Part shown: positions 9,954 through 21,419 of the stretch, in pieces | Position numbering within the stretch: the first letter of the stretch is position 1 | Layout of the letters: each line of letters opens with the position of its first letter | Assembly (NCBI GenBank): GCA_051530055.1 | Contig: JBMGUZ010000024.1 | Span: forward strand, 1-35,075 | Source of the DNA: Neoechinorhynchus agilis | Lineage: Eukaryota; Animalia; Acanthocephala | Direction: 5' to 3' | DNA length: 35,075 bases | The notes under the pieces: generated by a model | Told to the model about the DNA's origin: nothing | Databases searched by the model: none | Seen by the model: only the letters and a program-made list of their open reading frames with translations | Made by a program: the position numbers and the translations under genes

Positions 9954-12900
9954 ATGCCGTCAACGATGCCACCACCGCCGTCAACGATGCCACCACCGCC
10001 TGCCGTCCCGGCCGAAATCGATCACCAAACAGACGACCAACCCCACATCAATCACCAGCACCGCTTCCTCTACGCAACGTGACGAAGTACCGACCACCCC
10101 GAAGTCACCGCATACAACTTTGATGCAAGTTGGCACCTCCCAGCATGCCCCACACGTTCCCACGATTTGCCCCTTCTGCGAACGGGAAATACATTTAACA
10201 AAGGTTGGCCTTTTTAGGGTGCATGGGCCCATTGGTTCCCGATGTCCTGGCTCGTACCAACCTCTCCCATCTCGGCCGAGCATTCCTGCATCCTTATCTT
10301 TATCACGACCGGCTAAACCTAACGAGAGCTTGTCGCCAAACTGTCAAACCCCATCTTTGGAATCCCTTTCCCGGGTTTTACCAACAACAATTTTAAAGCA
10401 CATTCCCAAGGGGGCAAGAACCCAGGTGGCACAATCATACACAAATCTCTTGCAACGTTGTGCTGAGAACAATGAGGATATTGATTGGGTAAAACTTTTT
10501 GCTTTCCCCCCGCCTTCTCAGCTCTAGCAACTCAATATCGGGGAATTTGACATCCAACATTAAAAATAGGCTAGTGGAGTTCGACGCGAATTTAAAGAGA
10601 ATGACCGAATCCTCAGCGACTCCCGAAAATTCGTCTAGTAAAAGCCGTAAACAAGGCACAGTCCGGCCACTGTGTCAACGCGTATCGGCGAAGCTCGCAG
10701 ACGGGGATGTTCGCAGTGCGATTCGGCTTCTAGCCTCAACTGAAGATTTTGCGCCAAACCATGGCACTACTTTTGAGGCTCTATTAAAGTTGCATCCGTC
10801 ATCGGAGTCGAACTCGACCAATTTTACACCAACTGCTCAGGCTTTCCGAGCAAATAGTTTAGAAATAAGGAAAGTTGTGTCTTCCTTCGCCAATGGCTCA
10901 GGACACGGGCCGGATGGCTTGCGTCCACAGCACCTCAAAGACATGATGTCTTTTTCTACAGGTGCTTCGGGAATAGCCCTCGGAACTGCTTTGCTTAAAA
11001 TAGTTGATATTTTCATCGAGGGCTCCATTGGCAATTTGGCTACACATCTTTTCTTCGGCGCCTCTTTGTGTGCTTTGTCCAAGAAAGATGGTATTCGTCC
11101 CATCGCCATTGGCTGCACTTTGCGTAGGTTAGCCGCGAAAGTTTTATGCAGGAGAATCTCCGATAAAACGGGAGAATTTTTGAGACCCTGTCAGTTAGGT
11201 TGCTGCACTCCTTGTGGAGTTGAAGCGGTCGTGCATGCTCTGCGAAAATTTATCCCCAAAGAACAAAGCCAACAGCAATTCTGAAAGTAGATTTTAAAAA
11301 TGCTTTCAATACTTTGAAAAGGGAAACAATGTTAAAAGCGATTGAGGATGTCGTCCCAGAGGCTTACCCCTATTTCTGGAGAGCATATGCTAACCATACG
11401 CCACTGCTGTACAACGACAAAATAATTTGGTCGCAGAGTGGTGTACAACAGGGAGATCCACTAGGCACCATAGGCTTCTCCGTCGCAGTAAATGATCTTG
11501 CCCATTCAATGGTTTCTTCTTTCAACGCTTGGTACTTGGACGATGCCACACTCGGTGGCGATCCAAGTGTTGTTTTGAGCGACCTTCAAAGGATCGTGAA
11601 TGAAGCGGACCGCTTGGGAATAGAAATAAATCCCCAAAAATGCGAACTTCTCATCCTGAACGCAACTGAAAACGAGCGCTCTCAAATCTCTAGCGATTTT
11701 GAGTCAGTTGCTCCTGGTCTAGGTTTGATCACCCTTGACCAGCTCACACTCCTCGGGAGCTGCGTTCTTGCTGAGAATGTTGCGAAGGACCTGCGCGCAC
11801 AAATCCCGAAAATGGAGTTGCTCTGCGGCCGAACTTCTGAGCTTTCGGCACATGAGGGTCTCTTCTTGATCAAGAATTGCCTCTATATGCCGAAATTGCT
11901 TCATAAGCTAAGAGCAGCTCCATGTTTCGGAGAAGACAAATTGTTAGAAGAGCTCGACGGGGTAATTCGTAAGCAGCTGGGACATATATTGAATGTCAAA
12001 TTTTCTGACACAGGTTGGCGACAGCCTACTTTTCCCATGGCTTATGGTGGTTTGGGAGTTCCCACCACTTCAGACGTCGCTTTACCTGCCTTCCTCTCCT
12101 CTTGCCGGGCAAGTAAAGTCTATGTCGATGCCATTTTAGGCAAATCGCTGAAGGATGCGATCTTTGAAACAGGATTATATCAATGGCATCAATTGACAGG
12201 CATCAACCAGCTCCCCGCAAATGAGTGCAAGCAGTCGTCTTGGGGCATTCCTCTCGTTCAGAAGATTCACAACTCTTTCAAAGATCTTCTGGATGAGGTG
12301 TCTCAGGTCCGGCTGGTAGCCTGCTCCACGAAGGAGTCGGGAGCGTGGTTGAATGCTCTCCCTGTAGGGAAACTTGGAACTCTCCTTGCTGACTCAGTCG
12401 TCAGGATCGCAGTATCCTTGAGATTAGGCCTACCGATTTGCATCCCGCATCGCTGCCGCTGCAGCACTATAGTGGACTCTTCGGGGAGACACGGTCTCAT
12501 ATGCAAGACGTCATCGGGACGATTTCCAAGGCATGCTGAAATCAATGCCATCCTGAGTAGGACCCTAAAAACGCTTTCCCTTCCAAACATTCTAGAACCC
12601 ACTAATCTTTGTAGATTAGATGGAAGACGCCCTGATGGCGTGACCGTATTTCCTTGGCGGGAGGGAAAATGTTTCTTGTGGGATGCAACGTGTGTGGACA
12701 CGTTGGCAAACTCCAACATCAGCCACTCGAAAAAAGGTCCAGGAGGAGCGGCGACGGCTGCAGAGGATCGGAAATGCTCAAAATACAGGGAGCTAATCCG
12801 AAATTACCATTTTGTCCCCTTCGGTGTGGAAACGTATGGGGCCTTGGGAGGGTCGGCACTGGCCCTCGTGAAGGAATTGGGGAAACGAATCAACGCGGCG

Positions 12901-13000
12901 ACTGGGGAGCCAAGATCGACTTCGTTCCTAGCCCAAAAAAATAAGCATTGCGGTGCAGCGGGGCAATGCGGCTAACATTTTGGCCTGCGCCGATGAATAG
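9954..13000 (+). mobile_element. CRE-clade non-LTR retrotransposon B, near full length
   Basis: ATG at 9954. CPFC..HGP..RC finger, then RT (GIRPIAIG, DFKNAFN, QQGDPLG, WYLDD), then CIPHRCRC..HGLIC, RPDG, WDATCVD. Broken by frameshifts near 10030, 10505, 11280 and 12940. Confidence 0.92.
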
Positions 13001-13470
13001 GGGCGTCGAAGAAACTATAAATTATGTATGCTCTCGTTAAAAAAAGTTTATTATGAAAAAAATTATATATGTAGGAGATGTGTTTATTAAAAATCCGGAT
13101 AAAAAATATTTTATTGAATCGGAATGTTTCGGGAGGAAGACCTCACCTCATTAGCCACTGTTTTGGTGTTTTATGCGCTGCGAGCCTTCCTCGTAAAATA
13201 TTTCGATCTAATAAAATATGTTTAATTCATATTTGCCAATTTAACGACTTCTGAATGCTTAAAATGTTTGGAGGACTCAAATTTAAAATTCACGCCATAA
13301 TCCAAACATTCTACATCTTCAATAAAACGTAGCCTAGGTTTCATTTCTCAAACATTGATGATCGTTTGCAGGATGGTTAAACTCATGATTAATGACTTCG
13401 AATATTTTTGCCATATTATCATACTTAGTCACTTAAGTTTGTCGCGAGGTTTTCATTAGAATCTTTTAAA

Positions 13471-13911
13471 TTGACACACGATTCGGGAGCAACTCAGCCT
13501 CCTGGGCAGTTGCGTCTTCGATTGGAATTTCGGTCTTCCCGTGGCGGGAGGGCAAATGCCTTCTCTGGGACACCAAGTGTGTGGACACCCTCGCAGCCAG
13601 CAACATCCGCTACTCCCTCGAAATCGCCGGTGGTGCCGCCAGTGCAGCGGAAGGGAGGAAAATACTCAAATATAGTTATCGAGGCCTCACTATTTTGTCC
13701 CCCTTTGGGGTAGAGACGTATGGAGCGCTCGGCAGCTCGGCACTCTCTGCTCCACGATGTCTCGAAGAAATTGATAGAGGCAACCGGAGACTCAAGAGCA
13801 GGTGTATTCCTTCGACAAAATATCTCGCTGGCATTACAACGAGGCAATGCTGCCAGCGTGATGGCGACGGTCGAGGAAGGACAAAAGCTGGAATTTGGCG
13901 GGAGGTGGTGA
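13471..13911 (+). mobile_element. CRE fragment with internal deletion (RT piece fused to endonuclease C-terminus)
   Basis: EQLSLLGSCVFD is joined directly to GISVFPWREGKCLLWD...QRGNAASVMAT. Closely similar in sequence to the fragment at 21420-21778. Confidence 0.8.
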
Positions 13912-14469
13912 GTGTGCTTCAAACAGATTGTTTGAATTGTTAAAAATATATTATGTTTTTTTAAAAAAACACGATTTAGCAAATCATTTCCAAAGTAAAC
14001 AAATTGATTTCTGAGATGTACAAATTCGCAAGATATCACGTAACGTCGATCGGAAAATTGCACAATTTTTCTGCTCTAATGCATTGCGAAAATGTTGCGC
14101 AGAATATATGCTTGGAAACAGAATCGGGTTGATATTTGGTTTTTTGTATAAATGCTTATTTTCTCAAATAGCTTTTAAATAAAAATATCGCCAAATTTTC
14201 ATGGGCATTGTGTTCGCAAACCTATTAAAACATACTTCTTTACGGGGAAAACCCGAGCGGCTTTAGGTTTTAATACATACTCCGAAGGCGTAACATGCGA
14301 CTATTATCTTATATTTACAAAGAGCAAATAACTCGGCCGACCAAAATAATCACTGGTCAGGTGCGCTTTCATCACCTGCAGAATATTTAAATAAAGCATC
14401 AGTTTTTGGCTGAGAACATAACGTAAAAACCAAGCCTTCTGTCTCCGCGTCTGTCGAAATGGGTGTGTA

Positions 14470-16105
14470 CGTCGGCGTGAGTCTGTTTTTCTCGGATTCC
14501 AGTGCATTGATTAGAATAGAAAATAGCTCTCGCTTTGTGCGATTTATCATTCTGACCAACCGAACACTGCGGTCTCAGTAATATGGAATTTGTACGCGTA
14601 AATCTATGTTTTTCTCGGATTTTAGTGCATTGACTGGAATAGAAAATAAATCTCGCTTTGTGCGATTTTTCATTCTGGCCAACCGAACATTGGCGTCTCA
14701 GTAATATCGCATTTGTATGCGTGAGTCTATGATTTTCTCGGATATCTGTGAATTGATCGGAATAGAAAATAAATCTCGCTTTGTACGATTTTTCATTCTG
14801 AGCAACCAAACATTGGCGTCTCAGTAATATCGCATTTGTAAGCGCGAATCTATGTTTTTCTCGGATTTCAGTGAATTGACTTGAATAAAAGGTAAGTCTC
14901 TCTTTGTGCGATTTTTTGTCATTCTGACCAATCGAACACTTGCGCCTCGGCAATATCGCAATTGCACGCGTAAGTCTAAGTTTTTCTCGGATATCAGATC
15001 ATTGACTGGAATAGAAAATAGCTCTCGCCTTGTGCAATTTACCATTCTGACCAACCGAACGCGGGGGTCTCAGTAATATCGAATTTTTACGCGCAAATCT
15101 ATGTTTTTCTCGGATTTTAGTGCATTGACTGGAATAGAAAATAAATCTCGCTTTGTGCGATTTATAATTCTGACCAACCGAATTTGTTCTCAGTAATATA
15201 GAATTTGTACACGCGAGTCTATGTTTTCCTCGGATTTCAGTAAATTGATTTTAATAAAAAATAATTCTCGCTTTGTGCGATTTTTCATTCTGACCAACAG
15301 AAGACATGCGTCTCAGCAATATCGCATTTGCACACCCGAGTCTATGAATTTCTCGGATATCAGTGAATTGATTGGAATAGAAAACAAATCTCCCTTTGTC
15401 CGATTTATCATTCTAACCAACCGAACACTGTTGTCTCAGTAATATGGAATTTGTACGCGCAAGTCCATGTTTTTCTCGGATTTTAGTGCATTGACTGGAA
15501 TAGAAGGGAAGTCTCGCTTTGTGGTATTTATCAACCTGACCAACTGAACGCTGTTGTTTCAGTAATAAGGAATTTGTACGAACAAGTCTATTTTTTCTCG
15601 GAATTTAGTGCATTGATTGGAATAGAAGGGAAGTCTCGCTTTGTGTGATTTTTCATTCTGACCAACCGAACACTACCGTCTCAGCAATATGGAATTTGTA
15701 CGTGCAAGTGTATGTTTTTCTCGCATATCAGGTCATTGATGGTAATGGAAGGGAATTTTCGCTTTGTGAGATTTTTTCATTCTGAAGAAACGAACACTAG
15801 CGTCTATGTAATATGGAACTTGTACGCGCAAGTCAATGTTTTTCACGAATATCAGGTCATTGATTGGAATAGAAGGGAAGTCTCGCTTTGTGCGATTTAT
15901 CATTCTTACCAACCGAACACTTGCCTCTCAGTAATAAGAAATTTGTACGCGCAAGTCTATGTTTTTCTCGGATATCAGGTCATTGATTTGAATAGAAGGG
16001 AAGTCTCACTTTGTGCGATTTATCATTCTGACCAATCAAACACTGCGGTCTCAATAATATAGAATTTGTACGCGTAAGTCTATGCTTTTCTCGGATATCA
16101 GTGAC
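14470..16105. repeat. Tandem array, about 14 copies of a 123-bp unit
   Basis: The CTCGG anchor recurs at about 14491, 14614, 14737, 14860, 14986, 15109, 15229, 15352, 15475, 15597, 15720, 15844, 15967 and 16090. Units are diverged. Confidence 0.95.
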
Positions 16106-17374
16106 ATGTTTTTAATATTCCAAAAAACCAAAACCGCCCAACGCACAGCATCCAATACCTAACCCGCTACGTGCAACGTCACATCGTTTTGTGAATGTGG
16201 CACGGCGTCACATCGTTTCGGGTAACGTGTAAAAACTATACACGTTGACGTAATAATTATACGCGACTAATTCTTCGTCACCACAATTTATTCAACTTGA
16301 AAAATCCCGTCTCATGGAAAGAGTTCTTTGTCCGGAAAAACTAACGATCGAACCGACTGCTCCTTCGTCTGAACGTGAATACAAATATTGGAAGAAAACG
16401 TTTGACAACTTCGTGGCTGTATGTGGAAATCAATGTCCAGACAAACTTCAATGTTTGATACGTTTCGTCAGTCCAAACGTATATGAAATGATAGCGGACC
16501 AACCCGATTTTGATAAGGCGATTGCGATCTTGGACAAAGCATACATTAAGGAGGCGAATTCAATTTTTTCCAGACATGTGTCAGCTACGTACCAGCAGCA
16601 ACCATCTCAGTCAATCGACAAGTTCGTCCGAGAACTAAACTGCATAAGCCGAAACTGTCAGTTAACGGACGTGACCGCTGAGCAATACCGACTGGAACTC
16701 ATTCGCGATGCTTTTGTTAGTGGCATTTCATCCCCCATAATTCGTCAACGCCTTCTGGAACATCATGCTCTAAGTTGACCCAGGCGATCGACATAGCGAA
16801 GTCTCTAGATACAGCTCACCGAAACGCTGAAATTTATGACCGTCAAGCGCCGCCCATTGCAGCTTTTGTCGAAGCTCCTCCATCCACTTCGCACCAGAAG
16901 CCTGAAACGGAGGATATGGAAATAGCTGCCGCCATAAAGCCAAAAAAGTGCTGGTTTTGCGGTTTTGATTTGCATCCAAGATCTCGTTGTCCTGCCAGAA
17001 AGTCTAAGTGTTCGAAATGCGGAAAAATAAGCCATTGGGGTAAAGTATGTCGATTGATGCCCTTAGAAAAGCAGTCGGAGGACATCTCCGCTACTATGTT
17101 TCTATGTGCCAGCGACGAGCTTGCAGATCAAAACAATCGAATGTTCCTTATCGACGTGATCATTGAGGGACTACCGTTATCTGCTATTTTAAGTTTTTTA
17201 CTGGCAAGCCGGTATTGTATCATCATTAAATTTTAGTCTATCCCTTCTTGTACGGCTTATTTTTTTAGGCATAAAGCCAAATCAATTACATCAGAGAAGT
17301 GATATAACCACAGTCTTTAATGCACGGTTAAGAGTTTGTACATTCCTCCGGATCCTCAGGTACCTCCAGGAGGA

Positions 17375-17418
17375 GGGACTCATCAGTGAGTTTCCTCCCT
17401 TCGGCGGTATTTCGTCCC
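17375..17418 (-). ncRNA. Hammerhead-ribozyme-like core (type II topology), incomplete
   Basis: Minus strand reads GGGAC-GAAA-TACCGCCGAAGGGAGGAAACTCA-CTGATGA-GTCCC. Both core strands and a 5-bp helix II are present. The NUH cleavage strand is absent. Confidence 0.5.
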
Positions 17419-17435
17419 CTTTGGCTGTGCGTCAT

Positions 17436-17507
17436 TGGTGGTAACGGATTCGAACCACTTGACCCCTAATCGGGATCACGGGCATTAGTCCACTTGACTA
17501 CCTCGAC
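17436..17507 (-). promoter_or_regulatory. tRNA-derived Pol III head (A and B boxes); not a functional tRNA
   Basis: 72 nt with TAGTCAAGTGG at positions 8-18, GGTTCGAATCC at 52-62 and a CCA end. Acceptor and anticodon stems do not pair. Confidence 0.7.
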
Positions 17508-17974
17508 ACAACTACGAAATGTCAAACTCAGCCAGTTTTTCGACCCTAAAGAAATAAGACGGACAAGAAGGGATATACTAAAATTTAATGATGTTATCTG
17601 CAATGATCGATACAGGTAGTTCGAGCAACTTTATTAGTGATAAGGTTGCCATGAATCTGGGACTAAGAACGATTGCATCGGAAGGTATAGTCAAGCTGGC
17701 TGCAACAAGTCAACAGATTCGAATCAAAGGCAAATGTCTCGTCGACATTATTGTGGAAAATCGAACTTATCTTGCTGTCAAATTCAGTGTGTTGGAGGAC
17801 CTTTGTACGGACGTCATACTCGGTCTAGAATTTCAAAAACTCCACAGAAGCATTCGTTTTGTCTATAATGCTTCCAAAGATGAATTGACAATTAAGCCCT
17901 ATCAGACTGTTGCAACTTGATCAAAGCTGATATGTTGCAAACCCCATTGTTTGACTCGATCCCTTTAAGGTTCT

Positions 17975-18800
17975 GTGATTTCATCGACTAAGATAAAAGT
18001 GTCATCTACGTTTCTCTACCGGAACTTCACACCAGGTAGGCTTGAAACGTTCCTAGCCTCCCATTCGCGCATTCCCCATGGACAGTCCATCTACTTGATC
18101 ATAGCTCTCGCCTTCGAAGTTTGACATCAGCAAAAATCATTCTATATTCTGCACATGCGAGCGCCTTCAATCTCCCTGTGAACACCACACCTGATGACAC
18201 GGTGTGCTCACCCGGAGGCACTAAGTTTCTTAACATGGTAGCCAATATCAAGCTGTTTACGTATTATATGCAAAATGCGATGCAATAATTGGCCCAGCCT
18301 CTAATGGGCTTATGTACTTTTGCCAATAAGTACATGTTAGGTGTAAGTCCGTTGTTGGAATGATGTTTTTGGTATATTTGATCATCTATCCTTCCATGCT
18401 TCTTTAGTGTAAGTACATATTGGTTGAACATATTTTCTCGTTTTGTAGTGGGCATATATTATTAGATCGGAACTCTGAACCCGATAAGATATCCTCAGCC
18501 ATTCTATGATAGTGTTCTTCATCTACAATGCAGAATCCTCTGCCTTTGTACAACTTCATGATACGTATCTCCTTAATTCGATTAAGATTATTCATCGCTA
18601 AGATCAGTTGTTGGGGCAAGTTAGTACGTTTAATTCTGTTTTCTTTATGTAGCAATGCTTCTACTTTCCATAATGGAATTGTGATTCCGGTAAATTTGGC
18701 ATTAGATATCATCTTCTCCATTTCAAGGGTTAATCTCATGTTGTGGAGTTTGCCACGAGTAAAATAAATTCGATTTGCGACACGAGCAGACTAAATCGCA
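17975..18800 (-). mobile_element. Penelope-like element A, N-terminal and RT fragments, decayed
   Basis: IMKLYKGRGFCIVDEEHY (ADKG motif region), PNMYLLAKVHKP, FEGESYDQVDGLSMG, and a ..VDDTF motif. Confidence 0.72.
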
Positions 18801-18802
18801 AA

Positions 18803-20250
18803 TTACGGATCATTCAACCATAACCTTGCGCGAATGATCAATAGGCAAATGAAAGTCATTGCAGCAGACGATTGGTTCTCTAAGGTCAAGGATGGAATAG
18901 AATTCTCTAAGAGAATAAGGGGAAGATGCTCAGAAGGAACCTGGCATGCCACAGCAGATGTTGAGGCGCTGCTCACGAATCTCCCTCTGCACGACACCAG
19001 CGCTCCCAGCCAAGGATTGGCTAACCCTAATCCAATGGTGCACACGACAAAATGCGTTTACTTTTGAAGGAAGGGTCTTTGAACAAATAGATGGAGTCGC
19101 TATGGGGTCACCGATAGCACCTGCGCCCGCGGACATCTAAATGAGGAAATGGGAGGAGAAGATAAAAGATAGGATACCCCAAATCAAGGAATGGATACGT
19201 TATGTAGATGATGTGTTCATCGTCCTTAACGAAGACCCTAGGAAATGTAACCTTTTGGAAAGGCTGAACGAAGTAGACCCAAGCATAAAGTGGACCATTC
19301 AATTTGAGGAAAACAGGAGAATTCCATTTCTAGACGTGATGGTAAATCGAGGAAAAAGAAGAATAAACACAAGCCTCTATAGAAAGGAACATTTGAGTTG
19401 GCGATGCCCACATTGGAGAAGCCACAAATCAAGGACATACAAAATATTGGCAGCAAAAGCACTGTATGCGAGAGCCAAACAAATATGTTCAAGTGCTTCG
19501 TGCTTCAAGGTGGAAGAAGATAAAATTACTAAAATGTTAAGAGAACAAGGATATCCTAACCAATCTATCAAACAAGCCAGGATGAAGATGTGGGGAAATA
19601 TCAAAAAAGGAGATCAAAAGGAATGCGTAAAAGAAAACTCGATATGGTTGGGAGGCCGCTTCATTAGCGACGTATGCACGGCGAACGTTAGGAAGGCAAC
19701 CCAGGGAATTCCTTGTAGGTTTTATACCAAAGCTGGTGGAACCCTTGCGGGGTACTTCAAGAGGAAGCCAGAAAGGAAGCACGACGCAGGGGTATACGGC
19801 ATACCGTGTAAAGATTGCAATGCGGTCTATATAGGTCAGACCATCCAGGGACTGAAGAAACGCATTCAACAGCACAAATATAACGTGCGAAAAGGAGACA
19901 CCGCGTCAGCGATTTTCAACCATATCTCCATACACGACCACGAGGTCAATTTTGAGGGCGCCAGGATGCTAGTGCAGGAAGAAAACCTGGAGAGGAGGTT
20001 GACAATGGAAGCCCTGATGATTAAAAAAGAAGACCACCTTATGGAGGGCAACAAAAGTAATGTCACGCTTATGTTGCAGCCGAAAGAGGTTAAAACATGG
20101 TCCAGGATCCAGGATGCAACCGGGCAAGAGGCATTTTTTAAAAGAGATTCTCAAGACAATAATTTTTTCAGATGACCAAAAGCCTGAAGAGGGAGACTTT
20201 GCTCTCCGAAAATTTGCATAATAAAAAACGTCTGGGTGTCCGCACAAAAC
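18803..20250 (+). mobile_element. Penelope-like element B (RT plus GIY-YIG endonuclease), 5'-truncated
   Basis: ADVEALLTNLP, FEQIDGVAMGSP, WIRYVDDVF, IPFLDV, GVYGIPCKDCNAVYIGQT, RLTMEALMI. The ORF stops at 20175 and is followed by a hammerhead motif and AATAAA. Confidence 0.93.
20182..20217 (+). ncRNA. Minimal PLE-type hammerhead ribozyme motif
   Basis: GC-CTGAAGA-G-GGAGA(ctttgc)TCTCC-GAA-AATT-T-GC. Palindromic helix III, only 2 bp of helix I, directly after the PLE stop codon. Confidence 0.65.
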
Positions 20251-20251
20251 A

Positions 20252-20471
20252 AATTTCTAGTTTTGAGTGCTAGGCAAACAGCTTTCCATATCGTTCCATT
20301 AAGCTTTTCGATTTGACCATTGCCCATCGGGTAGTATGGGGTCGTCTTACTGACTAACACACCACTCTTCCTAAGGAAATCCTTGACATCCGAACTTAGA
20401 AACGGCATTCCTCTGTCGTTATGTCGAGTCGTATGTACGTATCCTGCGACACCACACAGCGAAAATATCTC
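20252..20471 (-). mobile_element. Isolated Gypsy integrase fragment of the same family as element 2
   Basis: EIFSLCGV..HNDRG..KTTPYYPMGNGQIEKLNG is nearly identical in DNA to about 23021-23230, in opposite orientation. Confidence 0.85.
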
Positions 20472-20568
20472 ACGTTTAATTCTGTTTCTTTTATGTAGCA
20501 ATGCTTCTACTTTTCACAATGGAATTGTGATTCCACTAAATTTGGCTTTTGCAATACGAGCAGACTAA
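20472..20568 (-). repeat. Duplicate of the 5' segment of PLE-A (18626-18794) with an internal deletion
   Basis: ACGTTTAATTCTG..GGAATTGTGATTCC..AAATTTGGC and ACGAGCAGACTAA are shared between the two sites. Confidence 0.8.
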
Positions 20569-21419
20569 GCCACAATATGCCGGGCATTGGGTAACTAGAA
20601 ATTTGTTCACGTGTATGATATTGAACTTCGTCATTGTTTTCGTTATTTAATTTTTTTGTATCCGCCCCGTTACGGTGTGCGTGTTCCCTGATTTTTGTTA
20701 TTGGGCCACCAAAATTGTTGGTAAAGGGTAATTGGATGGGAACCGATAATCTTAATAATCCTAAGAAGTGCGCCGGTTTGTTCGTTAACTAATCTTTTGT
20801 TATGTAAACCTTTGTTATTTTATTGCAATTTTTTCATGCAATGGATCGACGAAGCAAGATGGACAACGTTCAATGACGTTGTTCATTTCACGCTGCATAA
20901 CCAACAAATCTATTCATCATTTTTAAGCGGATATTTTTGTATCGTTCAATTACACGATCGTCACGTTTATTCCCAGCACTACTAAATGTTTAATATATTT
21001 AAACATTGAACGTTTTGAGCAACAACCACTATCGTTAGCTTATCTTTCTGTACCGAGAGCTTTGACTGACATACTTTACAAGCATTCAAACGCCTCGTGG
21101 CTTTTATGCTATGCCTAGCCCTTACTAGGATCTCTTCTCCGAGATTAAGTGAACCATTATAAGATAAGGTGGCCGATTGTCATTCTCCGCGTATAAGTTA
21201 AGTTGCAAATTTTTTCGATGCTGTATTCTTTTTTAAAACGCAGCGGTTTTTAGCGTTTCTAATAACAGAACCAGCCGATCAATCTGATTGAAAAATCAAT
21301 TGTAAATTTTCATATGAAGAGGCTTAAAACTGTCCGTCAATTCAATAATAAACATTAAAAACAATTGAAAACGAATAAAATCGTTCTTAATTTTTTATAA
21401 ATGTTGCCATTTAAATAAT

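Larger units (their letters stand above)
17185..17592 (-). mobile_element. 408-bp non-autonomous insertion with 9-bp TSD, 48-bp inverted arms and a 37-bp one-sided extension
   Basis: GTTATCTGC at 17176-17184 and 17593-17601; removing the insert restores PLSAMIDTG. Arms 17222-17269 and 17545-17592 have 4 mismatches in 48. Confidence 0.9.
16172..17970 (+). mobile_element. Ty3/Gypsy element 1 (5' LTR end, gag, protease), truncated
   Basis: LTR ends CACCACA at 16285 (its start is uncertain). gag MERVLCPEKL.. with two CCHC knuckles (CWFCGFDLHPRSRC, CSKCGKISHWGKVC). Protease PLSA-MIDTGSS is split by the 17185-17592 insertion. Confidence 0.85.

Noticed and set aside
14399-14953. 184-aa repeat protein
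   Set aside because: A by-product of the 123-bp period; neighbouring units contain stops and indels.
14470-16105. CRISPR-like or hammerhead-containing (retrozyme) array
   Set aside because: No unique spacers, and no CTGANGA/GAAA core found on either strand.
17436-17507. Functional tRNA gene
   Set aside because: The boxes are good, but the acceptor and anticodon stems do not pair. Kept as a tRNA-derived head.
18184-18206. CACACC-TGATGACAC-GGTGTG hairpin as a hammerhead remnant
   Set aside because: No helix II or GAAA, and it lies within antisense PLE-A RT coding remnants.
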